Below are positions 56,266 through 64,000 of a stretch of 64,000 nt of DNA, piece after piece. The notes beneath the pieces are model-generated. The model searched no databases and was not told where the DNA came from. It was given only the letters and a program-made list of their open reading frames with translations. The first letter of the stretch is position 1. Every line of letters starts with the position of its first letter. The position numbers were made by a program, and so were the translations under genes. Source of the stretch: Patescibacteria group bacterium (lineage in GTDB: Bacteria > Patescibacteriota > Minisyncoccia > Phycocordibacterales > UBA918); NCBI GenBank assembly GCA_038065355.1, contig JBBTRC010000008.1:5406-69405 (forward strand), read 5' to 3'.

Positions 56266-57266
56266 TTTTCCGTGCGTGGGAAATATTCAAATCCGACAAA
56301 CGCAACAAGCCTGATGTTATAGAGTTTGAGCTGAACCTCGAGCAAAATATTTTTGATCTTTACAGGGATTTGAAAGCAGGAAAATACAAGCACGGACCAT
56401 ACCGAGGATTCTGGATTCACGACCCCAAGCTCAGGCGAATCCACAAGGCTACGGTACGAGATCGAGTGCTTCATCATGCTGTGTTCTATATTTTGAATCG
56501 AATATTTGAGCCGACCTTTATCAACGATTCGTATTCCTGCCGAATCGGCAAAGGTACGCACAAGGGCATGGAAAAGGTTGCCAGCATGATTCGAGCTGTG
56601 AGCAAGAACTACACGCATCCGTGTTACGCACTGAAATGCGATGTGAGAAAATTCTTTGATTCGATGGATCATGACACTCTTCTGAAGATTCTCTATAAGA
56701 AGGTTAAAGATGAGAAAGTACGCTGTCTTCTGAGCGAGATTATCGAGAGCTTCGAGGCAAGTCGTCCGAATCTTTTCGAACGCAGGGGTGTGCCGATTGG
56801 AAACCTGACCTCGCAAGTGTTCGCAAACATCTATATGAATGAATTTGATCAGTTTATGAAGCATGAGTTGAAAGTAAAAAATTATGCACGGTACACCGAT
56901 GACTTCGTGATCATTTCCGATGACAAAGCATATCTCGAAGGATTGCTAGAACCGATTGGAAAATTCCTAAAATCAAAGCTCCATCTCGATCTGCACCCGA
57001 AGAAAATAATCTTGAAGAAGCACACCCAAGGTATCGATTTTCTTGGGTACGTGATACTTCCGCATCACATCAAGCTCCGCACGAAAACGAAGCGCAAGAT
57101 TCCCAAGAAAATCCGCCAAAGCGTAGCCCTCTACAAAGACGAGCGGATAAACGAGATAACAATGAAATCCTCACTCGCTTCCTACTTGGGAGTACTTTCC
57201 CATGCCGATGCTTACGAGATGACCGAGAGCGTAAGGAATTTGTTTTGGTTCTGGCTGAGTGAATAA
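56193..57266 (+). CDS. DGR reverse transcriptase
   Basis: RT4 motif PIGNLTSQ (DGR-specific IGxxxSQ, as opposed to QGxxxSP of group II introns), YTDD catalytic box, and N-terminal KAGKYKHGPYRGFWIHDPK matching bRT KAGNYERGPYREFLVYEPK. The likely start is 56217 (MKIHNNLYW). Confidence 0.85.
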   Translation: MVCLSHSYMKIHNNLYWLIISPETLFRAWEIFKSDKRNKPDVIEFELNLEQNIFDLYRDLKAGKYKHGPYRGFWIHDPKLRRIHKATVRDRVLHHAVFYILNRIFEPTFINDSYSCRIGKGTHKGMEKVASMIRAVSKNYTHPCYALKCDVRKFFDSMDHDTLLKILYKKVKDEKVRCLLSEIIESFEASRPNLFERRGVPIGNLTSQVFANIYMNEFDQFMKHELKVKNYARYTDDFVIISDDKAYLEGLLEPIGKFLKSKLHLDLHPKKIILKKHTQGIDFLGYVILPHHIKLRTKTKRKIPKKIRQSVALYKDERINEITMKSSLASYLGVLSHADAYEMTESVRNLFWFWLSE

Positions 57267-57327
57267 AACAAAATCCTCGCAAGCCGACTCGACACAAAAG
57301 GTCGAATCCTCATGCGAGGAATCTCTC

Positions 57328-57376
57328 TTGGACGGCTTTTCGACCATATCTCTTTCGAGGGTTAGGTCTTCGGATT
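57328..57376 (+). repeat. Copy B of direct repeat ttggacggNttttcgaccatatc ... gggttaggtct, immediately downstream of the DGR RT
   Basis: See copy A. Preceded by a small hairpin tcctc-atgc-gagga at 57309..57322. Confidence 0.4.
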
Positions 57377-57430
57377 TTGTACGGCAATTATATCAAAAAT
57401 ATTCATAAGTTGAGATATAGACATCAACAT

Positions 57431-57461
57431 TGTTTCAAAAAAGATTTACTTGTTGTATAAT
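57431..57461 (+). promoter_or_regulatory. Candidate promoter (TG-extended -10 TATAAT at 57456..57461) for the MTase/terminase block
   Basis: tgttgTATAAT read from the sequence. The -35 is poor. About 340-nt leader before the 57803 ATG. Confidence 0.25.
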
Positions 57462-57802
57462 CTGGACAGAAGCAACTTGAAACACCCAACTAAGGGTTTT
57501 CCACCACAGAATGGTCAAAGGGCTTAGTAAGCCAAGGACAATACAAGTTTTGTGTGGGAAATCCGAAATGATTTTATATTGAAACTGGATGTGCTGATGT
57601 CACCGGCAAACAGACCACGGTACTCACGGCCAAGGATAAGGCACATCAAAGGGATATAAATTTCGAACAATAAGTAACCTATTCATTTAGGAGTATTTTG
57701 TTGTTGGAAATTTGTACCCCTTTTTTGATTTCTAGCACCAAATTCTCAAATGAGGGTTTGGTGTTTTTCGTTGCTTCACATTAGCAACTAACCATAAATA
57801 AA

Positions 57803-59083
57803 ATGGCTAAACAAAAATTAGAGTGGCGCACTGAGCGTCGCAAAGTGAAGGATCTCATTCGTTATGAAAAGAATCCTCGCAAATTATCAGCAACCCAGCT
57901 TGATGGACTGAAACGCAGTCTCAAGAAATTCAATGTCGCCGAACTGCCCTGCATCAATACTGACGGCACGCTCGTGGCAGGAAATCAGCGGGTCTTGGCA
58001 CTTTCCCTTCTTGGTCGAGGCGAGGAAGAAATCGAAGTGCGTGTACCGAATAGGACTTTGACCGATGAGGAGTTCAAAGACTATCTTCTGACTTCTAACC
58101 GTAGTGGAGCGTCATGGGACTTCGAGAAACTTGCCGCCGAGTTCAACCTCGACGAACTGCTCACTGCAGGTTTCGACTCATTCGACCTCTCAAACATCTT
58201 TGACGACAACCTTGAAGTTGAGGACGACGAGATAGACATCGAGAAAGAGATTAAGGAGGCACAGACAACAGACATCAAGTCTGGGGACAGATTCTTGCTC
58301 GGAACTCACACCCTGATCTGTGCAGACAGCACGGATCCAGAGACGGTACACAAACTTGTCGGTGAAAACAGAATTGACCTCATCAATATAGATTATCCGT
58401 ACAACATCGGCGTGGACTATTCCGCAGGTCTAGGTGGGAAGCAAAACTATGGAGGGACGACCAATGACAAGAAGACCGATGCTGAGTACGAAGAATTTCT
58501 TGCCAGCATTCTCACCAATGCAATAAGTGTCACAAAGAAAGACGCACACATCTTCACGTGGCTCGATGAGAAATATATCGGCACGATGCAGAACGTGTTC
58601 AAGACGACAGGTGTCGAGTTCAAGCGATTGTGCCTATGGGCGAAAAACTCACATAACCCGACACCAAAGATAGCGTTCAACCGAGCCGTCGAGCTGTGTA
58701 TGTATGGGGTTAAGGGCAAGCCATTCCTTTCGGACAAGATAAAGAACCTGACCGAATTCCAGAACAAGGAGATCGCTTCGGGCAATCGGCTCATTGACGA
58801 CATCCTCGACATGTTCAACATCTGGCTCGTAAAGAGACTGCCAAGCTCTGATTATCTCCATCCGACAATGAAGCCTCCTACCTTGTATGAAAAGAGTATC
58901 AGGCGATGCAGTAGACCAGGAGATGCCGTGCTTGATCTCACGGCAGGTTCGGGAAGCCTGATGGTTGCCTGTGAGGCACTTAAGCGTCGAGCGTATCTAG
59001 CGGAAATTGAACCCGTGTTCTGCCAAGTCATCATTAATCGCTTTAAGAAAATATCAAATGAAAAAATCATCAAACTCAATTAA
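57803..59083 (+). CDS. ParB-like nuclease N-terminal domain fused to a beta-class N6-adenine/N4-cytosine DNA methyltransferase
   Basis: ParB-N (KVKDLIRYEKNPRKLSATQLDGLKRSLKKFNVAELPCI...GNQRVLA). MTase motif IV region IDYPYNIG (non-canonical DYPY) and motif I DLTAGSGSLMVACE. Confidence 0.75.
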   Translation: MAKQKLEWRTERRKVKDLIRYEKNPRKLSATQLDGLKRSLKKFNVAELPCINTDGTLVAGNQRVLALSLLGRGEEEIEVRVPNRTLTDEEFKDYLLTSNRSGASWDFEKLAAEFNLDELLTAGFDSFDLSNIFDDNLEVEDDEIDIEKEIKEAQTTDIKSGDRFLLGTHTLICADSTDPETVHKLVGENRIDLINIDYPYNIGVDYSAGLGGKQNYGGTTNDKKTDAEYEEFLASILTNAISVTKKDAHIFTWLDEKYIGTMQNVFKTTGVEFKRLCLWAKNSHNPTPKIAFNRAVELCMYGVKGKPFLSDKIKNLTEFQNKEIASGNRLIDDILDMFNIWLVKRLPSSDYLHPTMKPPTLYEKSIRRCSRPGDAVLDLTAGSGSLMVACEALKRRAYLAEIEPVFCQVIINRFKKISNEKIIKLN

Positions 59084-59819
59084 GTACGGCGACAGTTTTC
59101 GCCTCGGCAACCATCTGCTTCTTTGTGCCGATTCCCGCAACAAGGACATGGTCGCCAAACTAGTCGGAGATCAAAAAATAAAAGCCGTGGTCATCGACCC
59201 TCCGTACGGAGTTGCCGTAACCGAGAGCAAGGAGGGATTCCAGACGCTCGCGAAGAACAAGGTGATCGCAAACGACCATCTCCAAAGCGACGAGGAATAC
59301 CGCAAGTTCACATCGGACTGGATCGAGGCAGTTACTCCGCATCTTGAACGCAAGAACTCTTTCTACATCTTCAACTCGGACAAGATGGTCTTCGCCCTGC
59401 GTGAGGGCATGGTGGATGCGGGTGTGAAGTTCGGACAGTTATTGATCTGGGTTAAAACGCACGCAGTCATCGGACGCATGGATTACGCACCCCAGCACGA
59501 ACTCATCGCATATGGATGGTTTGGAGTGCACGAGTTCCTGAAGTCGAAAGACAAAAGCGTCCTTCTCTGCCCGAAGCCGAACAAGAGCAAGATGCATCCG
59601 ACGACAAAACCCTTGGACTTGATTCGTCGTCTCATCTTGAACAGTACACGGATTGGTGACGTGGTGTATGACGGTTTCCTCGGAAGCGGTACCGCACTGC
59701 TTGCATGCGAACAAACCAAGCGTATCTGCATCGGTGTCGAGCTTGATCCCGAATACTGCCAGACGATCATCGACCGCTTTGAGAAATTAACAGGAATTAA
59801 GGCGGAACGGTATGAGTAG
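59058..59819 (+). CDS. Beta-class DNA methyltransferase (DPPY), tandem paralog of the upstream MTase domain
   Basis: VIDPPYGV motif IV and DGFLGSGTALLACE motif I. N-terminal DSFRLGNHLLLCADSRNKDMVAKLVG parallels DRFLLGTHTLICADSTDPETVHKLVG of the upstream gene. The ORF track's earliest Met is 59007. Confidence 0.75.
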   Translation: MKKSSNSIKYGDSFRLGNHLLLCADSRNKDMVAKLVGDQKIKAVVIDPPYGVAVTESKEGFQTLAKNKVIANDHLQSDEEYRKFTSDWIEAVTPHLERKNSFYIFNSDKMVFALREGMVDAGVKFGQLLIWVKTHAVIGRMDYAPQHELIAYGWFGVHEFLKSKDKSVLLCPKPNKSKMHPTTKPLDLIRRLILNSTRIGDVVYDGFLGSGTALLACEQTKRICIGVELDPEYCQTIIDRFEKLTGIKAERYE

Positions 59820-60234
59820 ACGTGACACCATCAAAGCCCGACAAAACAAGCTCAAGGAGGCGTTCCTTGAGCAGTTGAAGCGTACACCGACGATCGAGAC
59901 TGCGTGCCAGAAAGTCGGAGTGGCTCGGGCGACAGTGTATCGATGGATCAGCGGGAACAAGAAGTTTGAAAAGCTGGTGGACGAAGCCTTGGTCGAAGGC
60001 AGGACGTTCATGTCAGACATCGCCGAGAACCAGCTCTTTTCCCTCATCGGCGACAAGAAGATCGAAGCAATCAGGCTGTACCTGTCGACACACAACGCAC
60101 GGTACAGCAACAAGATCGAGTTATCTGGATCTGTGTCGAAAGACGAGCCGCTCACCAAGGAGCAGAAGAAGCTTATCCGCGAAGCTCTAAAGCTTTCGTC
60201 ATTACGCAACTATGGCAAGAGAAAGGAAAAGTAA
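59812..60234 (+). CDS. Putative terminase small subunit (HTH)
   Basis: 140 aa, HTH (TPTIETACQKVGVARATVYRWISG), directly upstream of and overlapping the TerL start. Confidence 0.4.
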   Translation: MSRRDTIKARQNKLKEAFLEQLKRTPTIETACQKVGVARATVYRWISGNKKFEKLVDEALVEGRTFMSDIAENQLFSLIGDKKIEAIRLYLSTHNARYSNKIELSGSVSKDEPLTKEQKKLIREALKLSSLRNYGKRKEK

Positions 60235-61693
60235 ATCCGACAAGCTGTTCGACAGGGTTCTCTCGGACAAGGCGACGAGAAAGGTGCTCGTGCGTGAGCG
60301 GTTGGAGTATTTCTTCCCGATCTACTTCCATCGGTACATGCAGTACGAGACTGCCAATTTCCACAAGGAAATATTCGACATTCTTGAGAACGAAGCGATC
60401 AAGCTCGCCGTCATCTGTGCCTTCCGAGGCTCCGCCAAGTCGACCATCATCACGACCGCATACGTCCTGTGGTCTATTCTTGGCGTGCAACAGCGGAAGT
60501 TCATCGTCATCTGCGGTCAGACCGAACAGAAATCGAGACAGTACCTTCTCAACATCAAGAACGAGCTTCTGAACAATGACCTCCTGAAGAAAGACCTCGG
60601 ACCGTTCACTGAGGAAACGAACCATCTGGGCAATGCCACGGCGATCATAATCAAGAAGCTCAACGTGAAGATCATGATCAGCTCAGTCGAGCAGAGTATC
60701 CGTGGTATGCGACACGGCGAGCATCGTCCCGACCTCATCATTCTCGACGACATCGAGGACACGAACTCTGTGAAGACCAAGGAAGGTAGAGACAAAGCAT
60801 TCAACTGGCTAACGAGCGAGGTTGTTCCTGCGGGTAGCAAGAAGACCCGCATCATTGCCGTGGGTAACCTGCTCCATGAGGACTCGGTACTGAAGCGTCT
60901 CCAGAAAAAAATCGAGAGCGACGAGATGACGCACATGAACGGCGTGTATCGTGAGTATCCGATCATCGACGATCAAGGGAATCCTCTCTGGCTTGGGAAG
61001 TATCCGACCCCTGACGATATCGAGATGGAACGGCAAAAAACCATGAGCGAGACGGCGTGGTATCGGGAGTATCTTCTGAAGATCATCTCGACCGAGGAAC
61101 AGGTCGTGTATCCCGAATGGATACAGTGCTATGCCAAGATGCCGTATGACGGATTCCGAAGCGTTGCCATCGGTATTGACTTGGCGGTGAGCGAGAAGGA
61201 GTCTGCTGACTATACCGCCATGGTGGTAGGTCATGTCTACGGATATGGGAAGAACATGGCGATATACATCCAGCCGAATCCGATCAATGCACGTATGCCG
61301 TTCCCAGTTCAGACGCAGACAATCAAGTCACTCGTCGCCACGGAAAAGCAGAAGCATCATCGGGTGAAGCTGTACATCGAGGACGTTGGGTACCAGAAGG
61401 CACTCGTGCAAGTATTCGAGAGCCAAAGATACGATGTCGAGGGCGTGCCGACTGGACGGAGCGACAAGACCGCACGACTCAGACTGACGACTCCCTTCAT
61501 CAAAGAGGGTCGTGTGCTCTTCCCCGAGAAAGGATGCGAGGAACTTCTGATGCAACTGACAGGGTTCGGCAAAGAGACGCATGATGACCTTGCGGACGCT
61601 TTTGCGATGCTTGTTTTGAAAGTGATCGAAGATAATCCGCGCTGTGGGACAGCAGGAACTTTTGCGAATGGCGTACGCTTTGATGCCATCTAG
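60212..61693 (+). CDS. Phage terminase large subunit
   Basis: N-terminal ATPase with AFRGSAKST Walker A (Terminase_6/PBSX-type GGRGSGKS). C-terminal RNase-H-like nuclease (IGIDLAVSEKESADYTAMVV). Confidence 0.75.
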   Translation: MARERKSKSDKLFDRVLSDKATRKVLVRERLEYFFPIYFHRYMQYETANFHKEIFDILENEAIKLAVICAFRGSAKSTIITTAYVLWSILGVQQRKFIVICGQTEQKSRQYLLNIKNELLNNDLLKKDLGPFTEETNHLGNATAIIIKKLNVKIMISSVEQSIRGMRHGEHRPDLIILDDIEDTNSVKTKEGRDKAFNWLTSEVVPAGSKKTRIIAVGNLLHEDSVLKRLQKKIESDEMTHMNGVYREYPIIDDQGNPLWLGKYPTPDDIEMERQKTMSETAWYREYLLKIISTEEQVVYPEWIQCYAKMPYDGFRSVAIGIDLAVSEKESADYTAMVVGHVYGYGKNMAIYIQPNPINARMPFPVQTQTIKSLVATEKQKHHRVKLYIEDVGYQKALVQVFESQRYDVEGVPTGRSDKTARLRLTTPFIKEGRVLFPEKGCEELLMQLTGFGKETHDDLADAFAMLVLKVIEDNPRCGTAGTFANGVRFDAI

Positions 61694-61699
61694 ACTTCC

Positions 61700-62080
61700 A
61701 TGAGGGACTGCGTCATTCATTGGTATGTGGATGACATCGAAGCAATCATAGATGCGAGCAAGCATTTCAAATACCATGAGCCGACTGGCACGACTCCTTT
61801 CAATCGCATTTCCAATCTTCCTGAGACAAAGAAGCACATGAAGAGAGCGATCAAGGAACGGATGCAACTTCTAGTCGGAGCGTATATCTCGCTTGCCTCA
61901 TTTATCGACGACGACCTCGTCGATTTTTTGGAGAGCGACGAATCAAGTTTTGATAAAGAAAAGATAAAGAGGGTTTACGAGACGGTACTGGATGACATGG
62001 AAAAGCTGAGGGAAGAAATGGAGGAATTCGACCCTTTTGAGTTACCAACTTCGGGAGTCTCGGACTCACTAGACTCATAG
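61700..62080 (+). CDS. Acidic hypothetical protein
   Basis: 126-aa ORF flanked by a ~40-bp direct repeat. Confidence 0.4.
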   Translation: MRDCVIHWYVDDIEAIIDASKHFKYHEPTGTTPFNRISNLPETKKHMKRAIKERMQLLVGAYISLASFIDDDLVDFLESDESSFDKEKIKRVYETVLDDMEKLREEMEEFDPFELPTSGVSDSLDS

Positions 62081-62086
62081 AGGGTA

Positions 62087-63436
62087 TTGCGTCATTCATT
62101 GTGTTGTATGACAAACATAACAATACAAAAGCCGGAAATGGGGTTGGCACAGGAGGTATCCCCATCAGGAGTTAAGTACTGCCTGTATGCAAGAAAAAGT
62201 ACGGAACAAGAGGACAAGCAAGCATTATCAATTGAATCGCAGGTTAAGGAGATGATCACCCTCGCCGAACGGGAGGGTCTGGAGATTGTGGAAATAAAGC
62301 GAGAGTCGCACTCTTCAAAGGAGGTTGGGCAAAGACCCGTGTACAACGAGCTAATCAATGAGATCAGACAAGGAAAATTCAACGGAATACTTACATGGGC
62401 ACCCGATCGCTTGAGTCGAAATGCGGGCGACCTTGGTAGTGTGGTAGACCTGATGGATCAAGGATTGCTCCACGAAATACGCACCTACGGACAGAAGTTT
62501 ACGAACAACCCAAATGAGAAGTTTCTCCTGATGATCCTCGGATCGCAAGCGAAGCTTGAGAACGACAACAAGATGGTGAACGTGAAGCGAGGATTGCGAG
62601 CAAGGTGTGAGATGGGACTCTGGCCGTCGGTACCGCCGACTGGGTATCTGAGCCACTCTGACCGAAACAAGAAGTGCGAGGTAGTACTCGATGAGCAACG
62701 AGCTGACGTGATCAAGCAGATGTACGAGAAAGTGGCATACGACGGATGGTCTGGACGAAAGCTCTTCTACTGGCTCAAAGACGACATACGGTTCAGAACA
62801 AAGCACGGAAAGCCACTGACCCTGAGCAACATTTACATAATATTAAAGAGTACCTTCTACTACGGAGAGTTTGAGTACCCTAAAGGAGGCGGACAGTGGT
62901 ACAAGGGTGTGCACGATCCGATCATCACCAAGGACCTCTACTTGCAGGTGCAGGACAGGATCACGAGCGACCACGTGGTGCGTGACCAGAACAAGGAGTT
63001 TGCCTTCACGAGGATGATCACCTGCGGACTCTGCGGATCAGGAGTGACAGCAGACGAGAAATTCAAGAAGCTCAAGGACGGAACGACTAACAGGTACGTC
63101 TACTACGGATGCACGAAGTTCAAAGACAAAAACTGTCCGTGCGGGTATGTGCGAGAAGAAGACTTGATTGAACAGCTAGCCAGCGTGCTCGACGTGGTAT
63201 CGCTCGACGAGATCGGTATGAAAGACAGGATCAAGGCAGAAATAGAATCACACAATGAGTTCCAAGAATCGGTACTCGGGAAAGAGGTTAAGGAGAAGAT
63301 AAAGATCAAGGAGATCGACATCAGGAACTATGCGAAGCACATCCTACGAAAGCGACCAATGCACGAGAAGCGAGAGCTATTGAAGCATCTGAGGAGTAAG
63401 CTGGTGCTGAAAGATAAAACACTTACACTCGTATAA
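62087..63436 (+). CDS. Large serine recombinase (integrase)
   Basis: Resolvase catalytic N-domain (YCLYARKSTEQE ... LTWAPDRLSRN), a recombinase domain, and a C-terminal zinc ribbon (CGLCGSG ... YYGCTKFKDKNCPCGY). The track start is TTG. The first ATG is at 62108. Confidence 0.8.
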   Translation: MRHSLCCMTNITIQKPEMGLAQEVSPSGVKYCLYARKSTEQEDKQALSIESQVKEMITLAEREGLEIVEIKRESHSSKEVGQRPVYNELINEIRQGKFNGILTWAPDRLSRNAGDLGSVVDLMDQGLLHEIRTYGQKFTNNPNEKFLLMILGSQAKLENDNKMVNVKRGLRARCEMGLWPSVPPTGYLSHSDRNKKCEVVLDEQRADVIKQMYEKVAYDGWSGRKLFYWLKDDIRFRTKHGKPLTLSNIYIILKSTFYYGEFEYPKGGGQWYKGVHDPIITKDLYLQVQDRITSDHVVRDQNKEFAFTRMITCGLCGSGVTADEKFKKLKDGTTNRYVYYGCTKFKDKNCPCGYVREEDLIEQLASVLDVVSLDEIGMKDRIKAEIESHNEFQESVLGKEVKEKIKIKEIDIRNYAKHILRKRPMHEKRELLKHLRSKLVLKDKTLTLV

Positions 63437-63437
63437 A

Positions 63438-63968
63438 TTAAAAGCCTATGCCAGGATTTTTTATAGCATCAATCGCCTCAAGTCTATCTTTTACATCTCC
63501 CATCTCATCGTAATACGACTCGACCTCGTCTATTACCCCCTGCATTTCCTTAGGTCTCTTGTAGAGTATCGCTTGCAGATATTCTGAATCAAGTGCGGAA
63601 TCCAGCGGCAAAGGATCAGTCTCTTTCATAAAATCAACTAGTGAGGAATCTTTTGTTGTCATCAGAAATATGAGTGCCTCAACCATAGCTCTATCTTCGC
63701 CCTCAAACGTTATTGATTCATCTCCCATTAGTACTTTTCCAGCTTTTGAACTACTACTTGAAATTTCATCGGTATTCAAACCCTTCTTTCCAGCAAATTC
63801 TTGAATGACTTTATAAAGTGCTCTGGCAATATCTTTAACGAGTCTTCCAATAAAGTTTTTAACCTCTGGAGAATTTTCTACATAGAAAATAGAAGACTCC
63901 TCTTTGATATCTATACCGAGGTGCTTGTGCAAAAAGTCGAGAAATGCCTTTTTGTCTTTCGAGAACAC
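63438..63968 (-). CDS. Hypothetical protein
   Basis: 176-aa ORF convergent with the recombinase gene. Confidence 0.4.
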   Translation of the reverse strand: MFSKDKKAFLDFLHKHLGIDIKEESSIFYVENSPEVKNFIGRLVKDIARALYKVIQEFAGKKGLNTDEISSSSSKAGKVLMGDESITFEGEDRAMVEALIFLMTTKDSSLVDFMKETDPLPLDSALDSEYLQAILYKRPKEMQGVIDEVESYYDEMGDVKDRLEAIDAIKNPGIGF

Positions 63969-64000
63969 AGTAAGCTCCTGAAAACTGAGCCTGTCGTAGC

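Larger units (their letters stand above)
38011..64000. mobile_element. AT-rich phage-like integrated element (partial; right end beyond window) carrying DGR, DNA methyltransferases, terminase and a large serine recombinase
   Basis: There is an abrupt drop in GC and change in codon style after about 37.6 kb. It contains a 16-kb co-oriented minus-strand block, then a plus-strand block with hallmark phage genes (TerS, TerL, serine integrase, orphan MTases). Confidence 0.45.

Noticed and set aside
56193-57266. Interpreting the reverse transcriptase as a group II intron or retron RT
   Set aside because: RT4 reads IGNLTSQ (the DGR signature) rather than QGxxxSP. There is no maturase/En extension or intron RNA domains (no domain V-like sequence seen) and no retron VTG motif. 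The adjacent TR/VR pair with A-only differences and an Avd homolog settle the call as DGR.
1-64000. CRISPR arrays, rRNA genes
   Set aside because: No regularly spaced direct repeats of 25-40 bp with unique spacers were seen. No long rRNA-like conserved stretches were recognised. tRNA cannot be excluded without a dedicated search, but no canonical T-loop/acceptor pairs were found by eye.

Overview
The window splits into two compositionally distinct parts. Bases 1 to about 37,600 are a moderately GC-rich chromosomal backbone with the small, often membrane-anchored proteins and domain repertoire typical of CPR/Patescibacteria-like genomes (stand-alone PolB-exo-like 3'-5' exonuclease, DUF3179 fusion). 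It encodes housekeeping and envelope functions: HtrA protease, GH1/GH5-like glycosidases, MltG, two DsbA-like thioredoxins, an ArsR-glutaredoxin-thioredoxin-CcdA thiol-redox operon, a CopA copper-efflux module, MscL, and a cluster of class-II aaRS paralogs with SAM methyltransferases and an MccF-like LD-carboxypeptidase. From about 38,000 to the end of the window the DNA is markedly more AT-rich and looks like an integrated phage-like mobile element. It starts with a ~16 kb block of co-oriented minus-strand genes containing an unusual Hsp70 / J-like / AAA+ / S49-peptidase operon, a frameshifted Mrr-type nuclease and an XRE regulator. A divergent control region rich in repeats follows. The plus-strand block beyond it carries a complete diversity-generating retroelement (DGR), two tandem orphan DNA methyltransferases (one fused to a ParB-N domain), terminase small and large subunits, and a large serine recombinase. 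The DGR consists of a target gene with a C-terminal variable repeat (VR), a template repeat (TR), an Avd accessory gene on the opposite strand, and a reverse transcriptase with the DGR-specific IGNLTSQ motif. Over a 115-bp TR/VR alignment there are 17 differences, and every one lies at a TR adenine. That is the direct sequence signature of adenine-specific mutagenic retrohoming, and it is the strongest finding in the window. No rRNA, tRNA or CRISPR array was detected.
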